Positions 27,545 through 36,308 of a stretch of 36,308 nt of DNA are shown here, piece after piece. The notes under the pieces were generated by a model. That model made no database searches. It saw only the letters and a list, made by a program, of their open reading frames with translations, and was not told the origin of the DNA. Source of the DNA: Tannerella sp. (GTDB lineage: Bacteria; Bacteroidota; Bacteroidia; Bacteroidales; Tannerellaceae); NCBI GenBank assembly GCA_031283915.1, contig JAITAY010000147.1, forward strand, positions 1 through 36,308, in the 5' to 3' direction. The position numbers and the translations under genes are program-made. Position 1 is the first letter of the stretch; each line of letters begins with the position of its first letter.

Positions 27545-28768
27545 CTAATGGCTCCACACTACCATTACTTGCAGTCCTTTTCCGGCAAAACGGTTGCCGT
27601 CTGTACTTTGTCCCGGCAAAATGTAGTTTTCCGGATTCCAGTAACCCATCAGATAGAACGTGAGATGATTCAGTTGCCTTTTCCAGTTGAGGAAAAAATA
27701 CATGTTCCGGTTTTTCCAGTCGTAACAGGTAATGGAACTGAGGTTGTCGAGCATTCCGAGGGGATAGGCGAGCGAAAGCCCCGAAAAGGTAGCGGCATGG
27801 TCAAAGTCGAACGCTTTCCGGTCGCTGGAGTACAGCAACTGTTCGAAGGTCGCCGTTAAACCGTTGCCGATGCCAAACGTGTAGTCGCTGCCCAGCGTCA
27901 TCATTTCCTGATTCGTGTACAGGTCGAGGTCTTTGGTCAGTTTGGTCCATGAAGCTTCGAACCAGAGTCCGACTACAATGTCCAAACGGACATCCAGTCC
28001 CGCACGGTGTTCGCCAGTCTGCAGAACGCCGGTACGGGCGGTGCGGTAATGATATGACAAAGCGGTCTCGCCCGAAGGAACCGGCAGTTGAACCCGTCCG
28101 CCGCCTTCCGGCGAATGCTTTTGAGTGGGGAACAGTTCCCCGCCTTTGGTGTTCCGGTTGCCATATAAAGCCCACAGCCAGATGTTGGCGTTGTTTTGGA
28201 AGTAATACCGTCCCAGAACGCCCCAGACGCCGTCGGTCAGTTGCAGCGGGTCACGCGGGTCTAACTGGTCGAACCACATCAGGGGACGGAACATTTGCGC
28301 CGAACCGAAATTGATTTTTTGCAGGCCGAGCCGCATTTCCAGCCGTTCGGTCGAGTAACGTGCCCATGCGCGGTACGGCTTGATTTTACCGCTCGCTGTT
28401 ATGTCTTCAAAGGAAGAAAGACCGGCATCGCCGAAAATAGTGGCCGAGAGTTCAAAATCAAACAGCCGTTCCTTTTCCAGAGGTACTCTGAAATTCGCCT
28501 GCGGAAGGTAACGCCCGCCCAACCAGCTTTCGGGCGAGATGTCGGGAGCGTATTGCGCCCACCCGGACAACTGGCCGCTGTAACGGAAGGGAGATTCCTG
28601 CGCAAACACGGAAGGACCGGCGAAGGACAGGATGAGCATTGAACTGTAGGCAATGCATGGTAAGCGAAATGTGAACGGTGAACGGCGAGGGACTTGTCCT
28701 TGCGGGTTTGAACCACAGTCCGCCTGTTTGCATGTTCCCGGGATGAACGGTTGACGGTCAGTTTTCAT
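27545..28768 (-). CDS. Hypothetical outer-membrane beta-barrel protein (start uncertain)
   Basis: Signal-like end VFAQ, alternating aromatic/amphipathic strands, GLQKINFG and LDPRDP; lies in the ABC/LolA-like cassette. Confidence 0.65.
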   Translation of the reverse strand: MKTDRQPFIPGTCKQADCGSNPQGQVPRRSPFTFRLPCIAYSSMLILSFAGPSVFAQESPFRYSGQLSGWAQYAPDISPESWLGGRYLPQANFRVPLEKERLFDFELSATIFGDAGLSSFEDITASGKIKPYRAWARYSTERLEMRLGLQKINFGSAQMFRPLMWFDQLDPRDPLQLTDGVWGVLGRYYFQNNANIWLWALYGNRNTKGGELFPTQKHSPEGGGRVQLPVPSGETALSYHYRTARTGVLQTGEHRAGLDVRLDIVVGLWFEASWTKLTKDLDLYTNQEMMTLGSDYTFGIGNGLTATFEQLLYSSDRKAFDFDHAATFSGLSLAYPLGMLDNLSSITCYDWKNRNMYFFLNWKRQLNHLTFYLMGYWNPENYILPGQSTDGNRFAGKGLQVMVVWSH

Positions 28769-29348
28769 TCTCCATGATTCCATACAGGAACAGTTTCGTT
28801 ATCTCCACAACTAAATCCTGCAAGTTGCCGCATGTCGCCAGCACCCGATCATCCAGCGCCAACTCCTGCATTTTATCCAGCAGCACCAGCATCAGCGCCG
28901 GACTTATCCCCTTCCGAATGTATCCCTGACGCTGCGCATTCATAAAGTAATCCACCGCCAGCTGCTTGCCACGCCGTATCCAGGTCAGAGTGTGCTCGAC
29001 CAGCTCCACATCCGGTCCCCGGTATATGTCTATGATAAACGCTACGCTGGCATCCTTCGCGTTCTCAATTTTCATTTGCAGCACGCCCTGCATTTTTTCT
29101 TCAAAAGAGATGTCCGATTCCATCATGTCCGAAAACTGCCGGATCGCCCGGTCTAATATCCCGTCCAGTACCTCCTTCGCCAGCTCCATCCTGTTCGCGA
29201 AGTACTTGTAAAACGTCATCTTGCTCACCTTCGCTTCGGCGCATATCTCCTCAATCGCTACCTTCCGGATGCCATACCGGTAAAATAACCCGCGCGCCGT
29301 TTCGACAAGCGCGTCTTTTTTGTTTTTTCTTATGCTTTTTCTGTCCAT
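28758..29348 (-). CDS. TetR/AcrR-family transcriptional regulator
   Basis: ARGLFYRYGIRKVAIEEICAEAKVSKMTFYKYF helix-turn-helix. Confidence 0.93.
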   Translation of the reverse strand: MDRKSIRKNKKDALVETARGLFYRYGIRKVAIEEICAEAKVSKMTFYKYFANRMELAKEVLDGILDRAIRQFSDMMESDISFEEKMQGVLQMKIENAKDASVAFIIDIYRGPDVELVEHTLTWIRRGKQLAVDYFMNAQRQGYIRKGISPALMLVLLDKMQELALDDRVLATCGNLQDLVVEITKLFLYGIMENEN

Positions 29349-29400
29349 GAACGGTCTGCTGAACGGTTCTGTTTACGAAGCGGATAACGGTTTTGCCGTT

Positions 29401-30135
29401 TCATTGCTTTAAACTTGCCTTACTGAACAGATAGTCCGGAATCGGCTGATTAAATTCGATATGCGTAATCACCCAGTCCGTGCCGTTCCCGTCCTTCAGG
29501 ACATCCTTGTAGTTCATTTTCATCGGGAACCACCGCCCGCTCACCTGCCGGATATCACTCAGGGTAATCCGCTTGAGCAGCTGGCCGCTTTTCGCATAGC
29601 ACTCCTGTACCAGCGGCACATGCCGTTCCCTGTCCACCCACAGCTTTTGCGATTCGTAAGCCGCGTCTTCCACTTTGGCGGCAAGCTGCAACACATAACA
29701 TGGGCGACCGTCTACCGTTTCTTCGCCGGTTACGCGGGGCGTGTAAATATCCTGCAATTTACGATCCTCCATCATGTCCTCGTACGAAAGGTCGGAACCC
29801 ATGACCGACTGACGCAGCATGTGCCCGGAAATCATAATCGTGCGGTCGGTTGAGGGCGAGTACATCCACAATTCCCTGTCGAGTTTGAGCATTTTCGTCC
29901 CCTTGTCGCGCGCCGGCGAAAGGTATTCCGTAAACGACTTCCGGTTGCCGACGATATAGCTTTTGGAAGTCATTGTACGTTCGTTGCGTTTGCCGTGGAC
30001 GGTCATCGACGATTCGACGATGCGGCTCTCCGCCGACATGTTTTTGTCCACCGCTTCCAGTATTTTCACTGCATCCTGTGCGTATAAACAGGTGGCACAG
30101 GAGAGTGTCAGAGATAATAAAACCGATCTTTTCAT
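29401..30135 (-). CDS. Outer membrane lipoprotein-sorting protein (LolA-like fold)
   Basis: Signal peptide, YLSPARDKGTKML, WMYSP, MGSDLSYEDM and GRWFP. Confidence 0.85.
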   Translation of the reverse strand: MKRSVLLSLTLSCATCLYAQDAVKILEAVDKNMSAESRIVESSMTVHGKRNERTMTSKSYIVGNRKSFTEYLSPARDKGTKMLKLDRELWMYSPSTDRTIMISGHMLRQSVMGSDLSYEDMMEDRKLQDIYTPRVTGEETVDGRPCYVLQLAAKVEDAAYESQKLWVDRERHVPLVQECYAKSGQLLKRITLSDIRQVSGRWFPMKMNYKDVLKDGNGTDWVITHIEFNQPIPDYLFSKASLKQ

Positions 30136-30147
30136 ATATGCTTTTTT

Positions 30148-31419
30148 TTATTCGAGTTCCTTAAACAAAGTGGCAGTGTTTCTCCGGTAAACGGCCATTC
30201 CCGCCAGTGCGCTGCCGACAAGCATGGAAGCGACGCCGGGAATAAACCCGAGGTAATACATGCGCGGGGTAATGCTGGAACGGATAACCGGATCTATCAT
30301 CATGGCGAGACTGTCGATCGCCTCGCCGTAATCAATTCCGTAGCGATGAAGGTAAAGTGAAACGGCCAGGCCGAAGACCGTCCCGAAGCACGAGCCGATT
30401 CCCCCGATAAAGATCGATTCGGTAAGCAGGCTGCGGTAAATATGCCCTTTGCCTTCGCCCAGCGCCAGGCGCACGCCAAATTCGCTGTACCGCCGGATGC
30501 TGCCCAGCACGCCGGTGTTCCAAAGCACAACGGACAGCGCCAAAACGAGAAGGATGATCATGATCAGCATCACCCGGTCGATATAAGCCATCGTTCCGCC
30601 CATCGACTGCTGGTCGGCCAGCTGCAGCATTACCGGGGCAAATTCATCGTCGCTGCCCTCATACAGGGCGTTGAACGAGTTCTTGACCGCTTCGGCCTGT
30701 TTAAAGTCGTATTCCCCGCCGGGCAGAAAGCCGAGTATTTCGCTTGCGGCGTTGTCCATGTCGAGGAGTTGGCGGGCGTCAACAATGTCCACGATAATTG
30801 CGCCTCTGTCAAGCGCTGAAGTTCCGAAACGGACGATGCCGGCAACGTGGAGGTTGGTAAAACTCATGGATCCATACATCGTCGAACCGAAAAAGGTCAG
30901 CGTGTCACCGGGTTTCACCTGAAAACGATCGGCGAAATCAGCGCTGATCAGCACCTCGCCGTTCGCCCGGATGAGTCTTCCGGCAATGACGGCTTTTTGC
31001 AAGCCCGTCCGTTCGATTTCGCGGCTGCCGGGCGAAAGCAAATCGTAGGCCGTGGCCGATACGGGACCCTGTGCACGGGTTTCACCTCTCCCGTCCGGAA
31101 TATCCAGCAGACCACCGAAACGGATGCGTGCATTCCATTCCACCTCGGGCTGCCGTGCCGCCAAGGTTTCCATCAGCCTGTCCACATCGAGTAATGCCAG
31201 GTCGAGCGGCTGTTGCTCTTCATTTTCGGCACAGGCGCGGGTCATCACTTTCAGGTGTCCGGTCTGGAAGCTGGCCGTCATTCTGATCATACTGCCCATC
31301 ATGCCGCCGGCAATCCCGTCCATGACAATGACGAAAAAGACGCCTGTCGCAACCACAATGACCGGCAGCAAACTGCGGCTCTTATCTCTAATAATTCCTT
31401 TCCAAAGAAACTTTTCCAT
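30148..31419 (-). CDS. FtsX/LolC-E-like ABC permease
   Basis: N-terminal TM segment, large periplasmic domain, RRYSEFGVRLALG and three C-terminal TM segments. Confidence 0.9.
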   Translation of the reverse strand: MEKFLWKGIIRDKSRSLLPVIVVATGVFFVIVMDGIAGGMMGSMIRMTASFQTGHLKVMTRACAENEEQQPLDLALLDVDRLMETLAARQPEVEWNARIRFGGLLDIPDGRGETRAQGPVSATAYDLLSPGSREIERTGLQKAVIAGRLIRANGEVLISADFADRFQVKPGDTLTFFGSTMYGSMSFTNLHVAGIVRFGTSALDRGAIIVDIVDARQLLDMDNAASEILGFLPGGEYDFKQAEAVKNSFNALYEGSDDEFAPVMLQLADQQSMGGTMAYIDRVMLIMIILLVLALSVVLWNTGVLGSIRRYSEFGVRLALGEGKGHIYRSLLTESIFIGGIGSCFGTVFGLAVSLYLHRYGIDYGEAIDSLAMMIDPVIRSSITPRMYYLGFIPGVASMLVGSALAGMAVYRRNTATLFKELE

Positions 31420-31439
31420 ACTAAAACAATTTTATTCTC

Positions 31440-31516
31440 CTCCGTGATTCTCTGCGCCTTCTCTGCGGTTCTCCGCGAAATTTTACAGCGCAGAGAGCTT
31501 GCAGAGAACAGCACAG
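31440..31516. repeat. Intercistronic CTCYGYG / CGCAGAG short-repeat hairpin
   Basis: CTCCGTG, CTCTGCG, CTCTGCG and CTCCGCG at 10-11 nt spacing, then inverted CGCAGAG (31489) and TGCAGAG (31500). Confidence 0.7.
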
Positions 31517-31530
31517 CGTTACCCGGAACC

Positions 31531-32700
31531 TTAAATCCTTTTTCCCTTTAATGCATTTACAATACTTTGTTTGGCTATTTTCCGTGCAGGTAAATAACTG
31601 ATCAGTGCCGACAGGCAGATAATCAATATCATACTCGTCACAACCGACGAAAGTTCATAGGCGGGGTACAGCGCATCGCCTATGACCGTGTTGCTGTCGG
31701 CAGCAAAGCCCGGCATGGGCATTCCCACCTGTGCAAACCAGGCCAGCAGCGGCGTTCCCCACACGAATCCGACAAGAACGGCAAGCAGGCTGAGACATGT
31801 TCCTTCGAGAGTAAACAGGGCGGTTACGCGGCGCGGCGTCATGCCCAGCGCAATGTACGTCCCGATTTCGCGCTGGCGGCGGAAGACGGACAGCGTCTGC
31901 GTGTCGAACACCGCCAGCAGGGCTATCGCCAGCAGGAACACATAGATGACGGCCGATTCTACCCGTTCTTTTTCAATCAGCCGGTCAATGTCCGCCAGCA
32001 GGAATTTCAGGTTTTTGTACTGCCAGCCGTCTACATCCTCTTTCACGGGACAGGCGGGCGATTCGATGAAGTAAGTCGCTTCGTCCGGCATACCGGTCAT
32101 TTGCCTCAGGGTGTTCAAGTCCAGCCAGAGCTGCCCCGCGTCCACCGACGGGACTTTCGTTTCGAACACGCCGGCAATCAGGGCTTCGCGGGCGTCGAAG
32201 GCGCTGTTCCTGTCGCGCCAGCGAATCATCACGCGGTCACCCGTTTTCAATCCGGCAGTCTTCGCCATCCGTGTCCCCACGAGCGCTTTCAGCCCGTCGG
32301 CAGGCAGGAGTTGGGAAGAAGGGATGGCAACGATCGTTTGTTTCGGGTCAATCCCTTTCAGGATGACGTTTTGCATCCGCCCCTGCGGATAGCTGACAGC
32401 CTGAGTGACGAGTACCGGCGTCAGCGTCTGCTGCTCGATGTGTGGCTGCAAGGCCGACGGAACGGATGCATGAGCGTCCTGCAGGGTAAACACGTCGAGC
32501 GGATCATATTGCGGATGACGGATTTGTCCGGCGCCGGTTTCCCACTTTTCCATATCGCGCCGCGCCTCCTGCTGCCAGCCGTCGATGATACCGTTGTAGG
32601 CGACCATCGTCACGAAGGTGAACGACAGCACGGAGACATTCAGCCATATACGTTTGCCTGCACCGAGCATGTTTTTGAAGGAGGTTTTCAGGATTAGCAT
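31531..32700 (-). CDS. FtsX/LolC-E-like ABC permease
   Basis: RRQREIGTYIALGM, SYLPARKI and a 4-TM topology. Confidence 0.9.
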   Translation of the reverse strand: MLILKTSFKNMLGAGKRIWLNVSVLSFTFVTMVAYNGIIDGWQQEARRDMEKWETGAGQIRHPQYDPLDVFTLQDAHASVPSALQPHIEQQTLTPVLVTQAVSYPQGRMQNVILKGIDPKQTIVAIPSSQLLPADGLKALVGTRMAKTAGLKTGDRVMIRWRDRNSAFDAREALIAGVFETKVPSVDAGQLWLDLNTLRQMTGMPDEATYFIESPACPVKEDVDGWQYKNLKFLLADIDRLIEKERVESAVIYVFLLAIALLAVFDTQTLSVFRRQREIGTYIALGMTPRRVTALFTLEGTCLSLLAVLVGFVWGTPLLAWFAQVGMPMPGFAADSNTVIGDALYPAYELSSVVTSMILIICLSALISYLPARKIAKQSIVNALKGKRI

Positions 32701-33404
32701 GACGCGGGATTTTCGATGAACGTATCCTTTTCTACCTGACCGTCTTTCAGCGAGACGATTCGCCTAAGATACTGCATGACCTTTTCGTCGTGCGTTGCGA
32801 AGATAAACGTCGTTTTCAGTTCCTCGTTGAGTTTCCGCATGGTTCTCAGGATATGATGCGAGTTTTTGGCGTCCAGATTGGCCGAAGGCTCATCGGCCAG
32901 CACAATGGCCGGACGCTTGACCATCGCCCGTGCAATCGCCACCCGCTGACATTCCCCTCCGGAGAGTTGCGCCGGACGCGACTTCTCCCTGTCCGTCAGT
33001 CCGACCCATTCCAGGGCTTCCATGACGGCCTTGCGCCGGGCGTCCGCAGGTATTTTTTGTAACAGCAGGGCAAATTCCACATTTTCGTACACGGTATAAA
33101 CCGGCAGCAGATTGTAGCTTTGGAAAATGAAACCGATGCTTTTGTTCCGCAAACCGGCCGATTCTTTTGCGGAGAGCCGGGCGACGGAATGTCCCAAAAC
33201 AAGCGCTTCACCACCGGTAGGCGTATCCAGCGACCCGATGATGTTGAGCAGCGTAGTCTTGCCCGAACCGCTCGGCCCGACCAGTCCGGCAAACTCACCC
33301 GTACCAAAGGCGAGGTTTACGCTGTTGAGCGCCGTAAAAAACCCGTTTCCTGCGGGAAACGTCTTTGTCAAACAACTGATTGAAATAACTGAGTTTATGT
33401 CCAT
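32694..33404 (-). CDS. ABC transporter ATP-binding protein (LolD-like)
   Basis: [23 protein letters not shown] and VLADEP. Start reassigned to MDINS, downstream of the promoter box. Confidence 0.95.
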   Translation of the reverse strand: MDINSVISISCLTKTFPAGNGFFTALNSVNLAFGTGEFAGLVGPSGSGKTTLLNIIGSLDTPTGGEALVLGHSVARLSAKESAGLRNKSIGFIFQSYNLLPVYTVYENVEFALLLQKIPADARRKAVMEALEWVGLTDREKSRPAQLSGGECQRVAIARAMVKRPAIVLADEPSANLDAKNSHHILRTMRKLNEELKTTFIFATHDEKVMQYLRRIVSLKDGQVEKDTFIENPASC

Positions 33405-33423
33405 ATCATTTACTTTTTCGCCG

Positions 33424-33431
33424 CAAATATA
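33424..33431 (-). promoter_or_regulatory. -7 promoter box of the ABC/LolA-like operon
   Basis: TATATTTG on the - strand, 19 nt before ATG 33404. Confidence 0.65.
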
Positions 33432-33564
33432 CGATTTTTTTCTGAAACACCACAGATCGTATATATTTTGCATTGTTTAACGCATGACATGAATGATTCG
33501 GAGACATGTCTGTCCACATAATGAACTGAAAGGGAGGCATAAATGGTCGCACCCTTGGGAGGGA

Positions 33565-33711
33565 AGATATTCAGGTGTATTTGGAGAATATCCGGGCGAA
33601 TTTGATGAACATTCAGGCGAATGTGGAGAACATTCAGGCGAATGCGGAGAATATTCAGGCGAATGCGGGGAATATTCAAGCGAATGCGGAGAATATTCAG
33701 GTGAATTTTCA
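33565..33711. repeat. Tandem repeat, 7 x 21 bp
   Basis: Consensus GAATATTCAGGCGAATGCGGA; units start at 33565, 33586, 33607, 33628, 33649, 33670 and 33691. Confidence 0.95.
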
Positions 33712-33822
33712 CCGAATACGCCTGTTTTTTTAATGGCAATCCGAAGAAATCCGGTTATCCGGCTAACTAAGGGGTGAGAAATAAAGTGTAACAGGATTTT
33801 TTTGCCTGTCGACCTCCGTCAG

Positions 33823-33851
33823 TTATACTGCGCGCGGTACAGTTTTGTGCA
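33823..33851. mobile_element. Isolated end of the TTATACTGCGCGCGG MITE family
   Basis: TTATACTGCGCGCGGTACAGTTTTGTGCA, 27/29 identical to 932-960. Confidence 0.7.
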
Positions 33852-33912
33852 TTGCCCGTCAGCATAGAAAAGGGTATCCGCCCACACGCCTTTTTCCCCG
33901 TCGGCTAAAGCC

Positions 33913-34041
33913 CAATGTCATCAAGTTAAGCGCTAAAAGGCTGTAGTAGAGCATCCCGCCAGGGATGCATCGCCCGGTAGCATTTTTGCGACGGCTCTAT
34001 CTGCATCCCGTCAGGGATGCATCCTTAACAGGATGACATTG
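33913..34041. mobile_element. 129-bp MITE-like element with 18-bp terminal IRs enclosing GCATCC REP palindromes
   Basis: CAATGTCATCAAGTTAAG (33913-33930) / CTTAACAGGATGACATTG (34024-34041), 2 mismatches. Palindromes at 33951-33968, 34003-34020 and 34019-34036. Confidence 0.6.
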
Positions 34042-34143
34042 AGTTCAAACTGACAGCAAGAAGTAAGCATTGGGCTAAACCGGGCGGAGCAGAAGGAACC
34101 GCCTTCAAAACCGGGTTTCCGTAAAAACCGTTGACAACACATG

Positions 34144-34171
34144 GTAGAGACGCACGATTGTGTGTCTCTAC
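34144..34171. repeat. GTAG-type REP palindrome
   Basis: GTAGAGACGCAC-GATT-GTGTGTCTCTAC. Confidence 0.75.
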
Positions 34172-34232
34172 GTTGTCATTCCCCCCTGTCCCCTGCAAAC
34201 CGACGGAGAAAATAAAGAACAGAAACAGGCAC

Positions 34233-34268
34233 AAAAAAGGGCGAAGTCCGGTCGGCTTCGCCCTTTTT
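34233..34268 (-). terminator. Rho-independent, likely bidirectional, terminator after the T9SS cargo gene
   Basis: AAAAAGGGCGAAG / CTTCGCCCTTTTT stem with A- and T-tracts. Confidence 0.85.
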
Positions 34269-34299
34269 CATACACACTCTTTCGTTTCGAGTGATCTGA

Positions 34300-36308
34300 T
34301 TACCTGACCACCACCTTGTGTCTCAAGCCGTCTTCCAGGACGACGATGTAAACGCCCTGCGGCAGAGGAACCGTCACCGTGCCCGCAGGGACTTCCACCT
34401 GCCTGACCAGATGACCCGCTATCGTATAGATGCGCGCCTGGTTCTCCTTCTCCGCACGGATGTATACGCTGCCGCCGTGTGACCAGATATCCGTTCCCGA
34501 GGTCGGGATGTCGTTTACGCCCGTACCCGGGCCGATTTGCAGGTAGATGTCTTCCATCACGTTAGGAATGACGTATGCGTACTCGCCGTTGTCCTTCAGC
34601 GTCCCTTTGAGTTCCGGCTCCGGCATTCTTTCCACGATCCGGCCTGTGTGGACGGACAGCGGCGTCCGGTTTGAAAACTTCAGCGAGAAGGGGAAGTTCG
34701 TGTGCGACGGCACGAAATGAATCCCCGGAGGGGGTGTCGAGGTGACGCCCGGCACGGAGGGGATCTCTACCTGACGGTTGATGATCGGGGTGACGACTGG
34801 CTCGATGCACACGCTGACCACTTTACACTCCTCGTCGATGTCGAAGGCCAGATAATAGCGTCCGTTGATGGACGGGTGGTCTTCCGACGACAGATAGGTT
34901 TTGCTCAGTTTCAGGTGTTTCAAGTTCTCATAACCTACCGACTTGTAGCGCAGAATCGGGAAGCAGCGCGATTCGCCGCTCGCCAGGCTCAGCCCTTCCG
35001 GACGGATCACGATGTCCAGGAGCGTGACGTCGTTCATTCTCAGCTCATCCACGTCGAGGAAGTCGGCGTATTCGCCCAGCGTGTAACGCTTGCCGTTCTC
35101 ACAGCGGTAACTTTCGGTGAAGGCGCTGGCCGGAGAGTCCCCCAGGGAGATCTTGAGCTTCGCGCCACGCTCCAGTTGTATGTTCTGCGTGCGCAGGATG
35201 CCTGCATGCTGTTCATAGCAGTTGCCTTTCGCTTCCAGCGAAGCGTAGCCCGGCGCTATCACGCCGCCGATTTCAACGTGGACATTGCTGTGAAGCCATC
35301 CGAAGCCACCGAACCGGGAGCTTGTGATCACGTTCAGCGTCGATTCGAGCGGCCAGAGCTGGCTGTAGCCGAAGTTGGAGCAGGACGGGGCGATCGGTTC
35401 CATGTGCAGGTGACGCGCAAAGATGCCCACATAGTTTTTGGACGACATCTGAGGCTCGGAGATCAGTGCGAACTGCGAGTTGTGCGTAGTGGCGCCGCCC
35501 GAGGACAGGTGAATCAGTTCCACGTGATTGCGAATCCGGAACGTATCCGTAAAGATCTGTGCGTTCAGCGTCGGGTTGCCCGGCTGCCGGTCGAAGGAGT
35601 CCGTCAGGAACGATACGGCGGCATGGTCGGCCACCAGCGTGTGCAGGCGGGGTATCGAGGCGCCGTTGCGGAAGGTGACGTGCACCGTGTCCAGCGGGGT
35701 GGCGGCGCCGTACTGTGCTTCCGTGTCCTTTTCGTGCACGTAGCAGGAGGAACAGGCGCTGCCGGTACCGTCGGCGGGCGTGGCTTCGGCCGAGGGCGGC
35801 GTGAAACGGTGATGACCCAGTTTGATGACCGGTACGTTGCGGTACAGACGGCTCCAGGTAGCCAGGGTCGTCAGCGGCCCGTCGATGATCAGGCTGTCGT
35901 GACAAATCAGGCTGTCCGTGCGGATCGTGATGTTCGTGCGTCCGCTGACGGGATTCCGCGACGTGTTCAAATCCAGTGCGCCATAGGTCTCCAGTACCGG
36001 CGAGGCGATCAGCGACCGCTGGCCTTCGGCATAGATGCGGGCGTCGGCATGGAACGTCACGCGCGCCGTGTTGTGCAGGAAACTGTAGTCGCAGGCGTCG
36101 TCGGCGCAGGCCGCTCCCATTGTCGGGCTGGGATCGCTGTCGATTTCGAAGGCCGTCTTTGTCCAGTTTTTCCTGTTACCCTGCGTTTTGATATACAGAC
36201 CGTAGCCGGCTACCTGTTCGCCGTGAAGCGTGGTGTAGCCCGACGGGACGGACTGCATACCCGTGCCCGAACCGCCCGTGTAGATCAGGTCTTTGTAGAC
36301 ATCGACCC
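34300..36308 (-). CDS. 3' part of a large secreted protein with a T9SS-type C-terminal sorting domain (5'-partial)
   Basis: The frame stays open to the window edge. Tail: IWSHGGSVYI...IYTIAGHLV...LPQGVYIVVLEDGLRHKVVVR. Beta-rich body with paired cysteines. Confidence 0.85.
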   Translation of the reverse strand, partial: VDVYKDLIYTGGSGTGMQSVPSGYTTLHGEQVAGYGLYIKTQGNRKNWTKTAFEIDSDPSPTMGAACADDACDYSFLHNTARVTFHADARIYAEGQRSLIASPVLETYGALDLNTSRNPVSGRTNITIRTDSLICHDSLIIDGPLTTLATWSRLYRNVPVIKLGHHRFTPPSAEATPADGTGSACSSCYVHEKDTEAQYGAATPLDTVHVTFRNGASIPRLHTLVADHAAVSFLTDSFDRQPGNPTLNAQIFTDTFRIRNHVELIHLSSGGATTHNSQFALISEPQMSSKNYVGIFARHLHMEPIAPSCSNFGYSQLWPLESTLNVITSSRFGGFGWLHSNVHVEIGGVIAPGYASLEAKGNCYEQHAGILRTQNIQLERGAKLKISLGDSPASAFTESYRCENGKRYTLGEYADFLDVDELRMNDVTLLDIVIRPEGLSLASGESRCFPILRYKSVGYENLKHLKLSKTYLSSEDHPSINGRYYLAFDIDEECKVVSVCIEPVVTPIINRQVEIPSVPGVTSTPPPGIHFVPSHTNFPFSLKFSNRTPLSVHTGRIVERMPEPELKGTLKDNGEYAYVIPNVMEDIYLQIGPGTGVNDIPTSGTDIWSHGGSVYIRAEKENQARIYTIAGHLVRQVEVPAGTVTVPLPQGVYIVVLEDGLRHKVVVR

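Noticed and set aside
33565-33711. CRISPR array or plasmid iterons
   Set aside because: No spacers, degenerate units, and no rep or cas gene nearby.

Overview
Chromosomal window from a Bacteroidota (Bacteroidales) genome. The evidence is TAnnTTTG promoters, a SusD fragment, UpxY, a T9SS cargo tail and a DUF6261-like gene; a Tannerella/Parabacteroides-like host is inferred. From left to right it holds: (1) a 5'-truncated RagB/SusD remnant; (2) an IS982-family element sitting inside a MITE-like repeat; (3) a MacAB-TolC-type exporter with three adaptor genes; (4) a minus-strand sugar-catabolic trio (SorE-like dehydrogenase, two-domain class II aldolase, short LplA); (5) ftsK-lolA, interrupted before trxB by a repeat-peptide ORF plus a DUF6261/Ig-like gene; (6) an in-frame TrxB-GDPD fusion, a GHL10 hydrolase, an orphan UpxY and an AAA/PD-(D/E)XK gene; (7) an exported Tat-DegT / ceramidase-like / esterase operon; (8) a LolCDE/MacB-like ABC + LolA-like + TetR + beta-barrel cassette; (9) a dense mosaic of REP/MITE elements; (10) the 3' end of a large T9SS cargo gene. 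The best candidates for undescribed biology are the repeat-peptide + DUF6261 insertion, the TrxB-GDPD fusion and the Tat-exported DegT operon. All calls come from reading motifs by eye; no database searches were run. No rRNA, tRNA or CRISPR array was seen.
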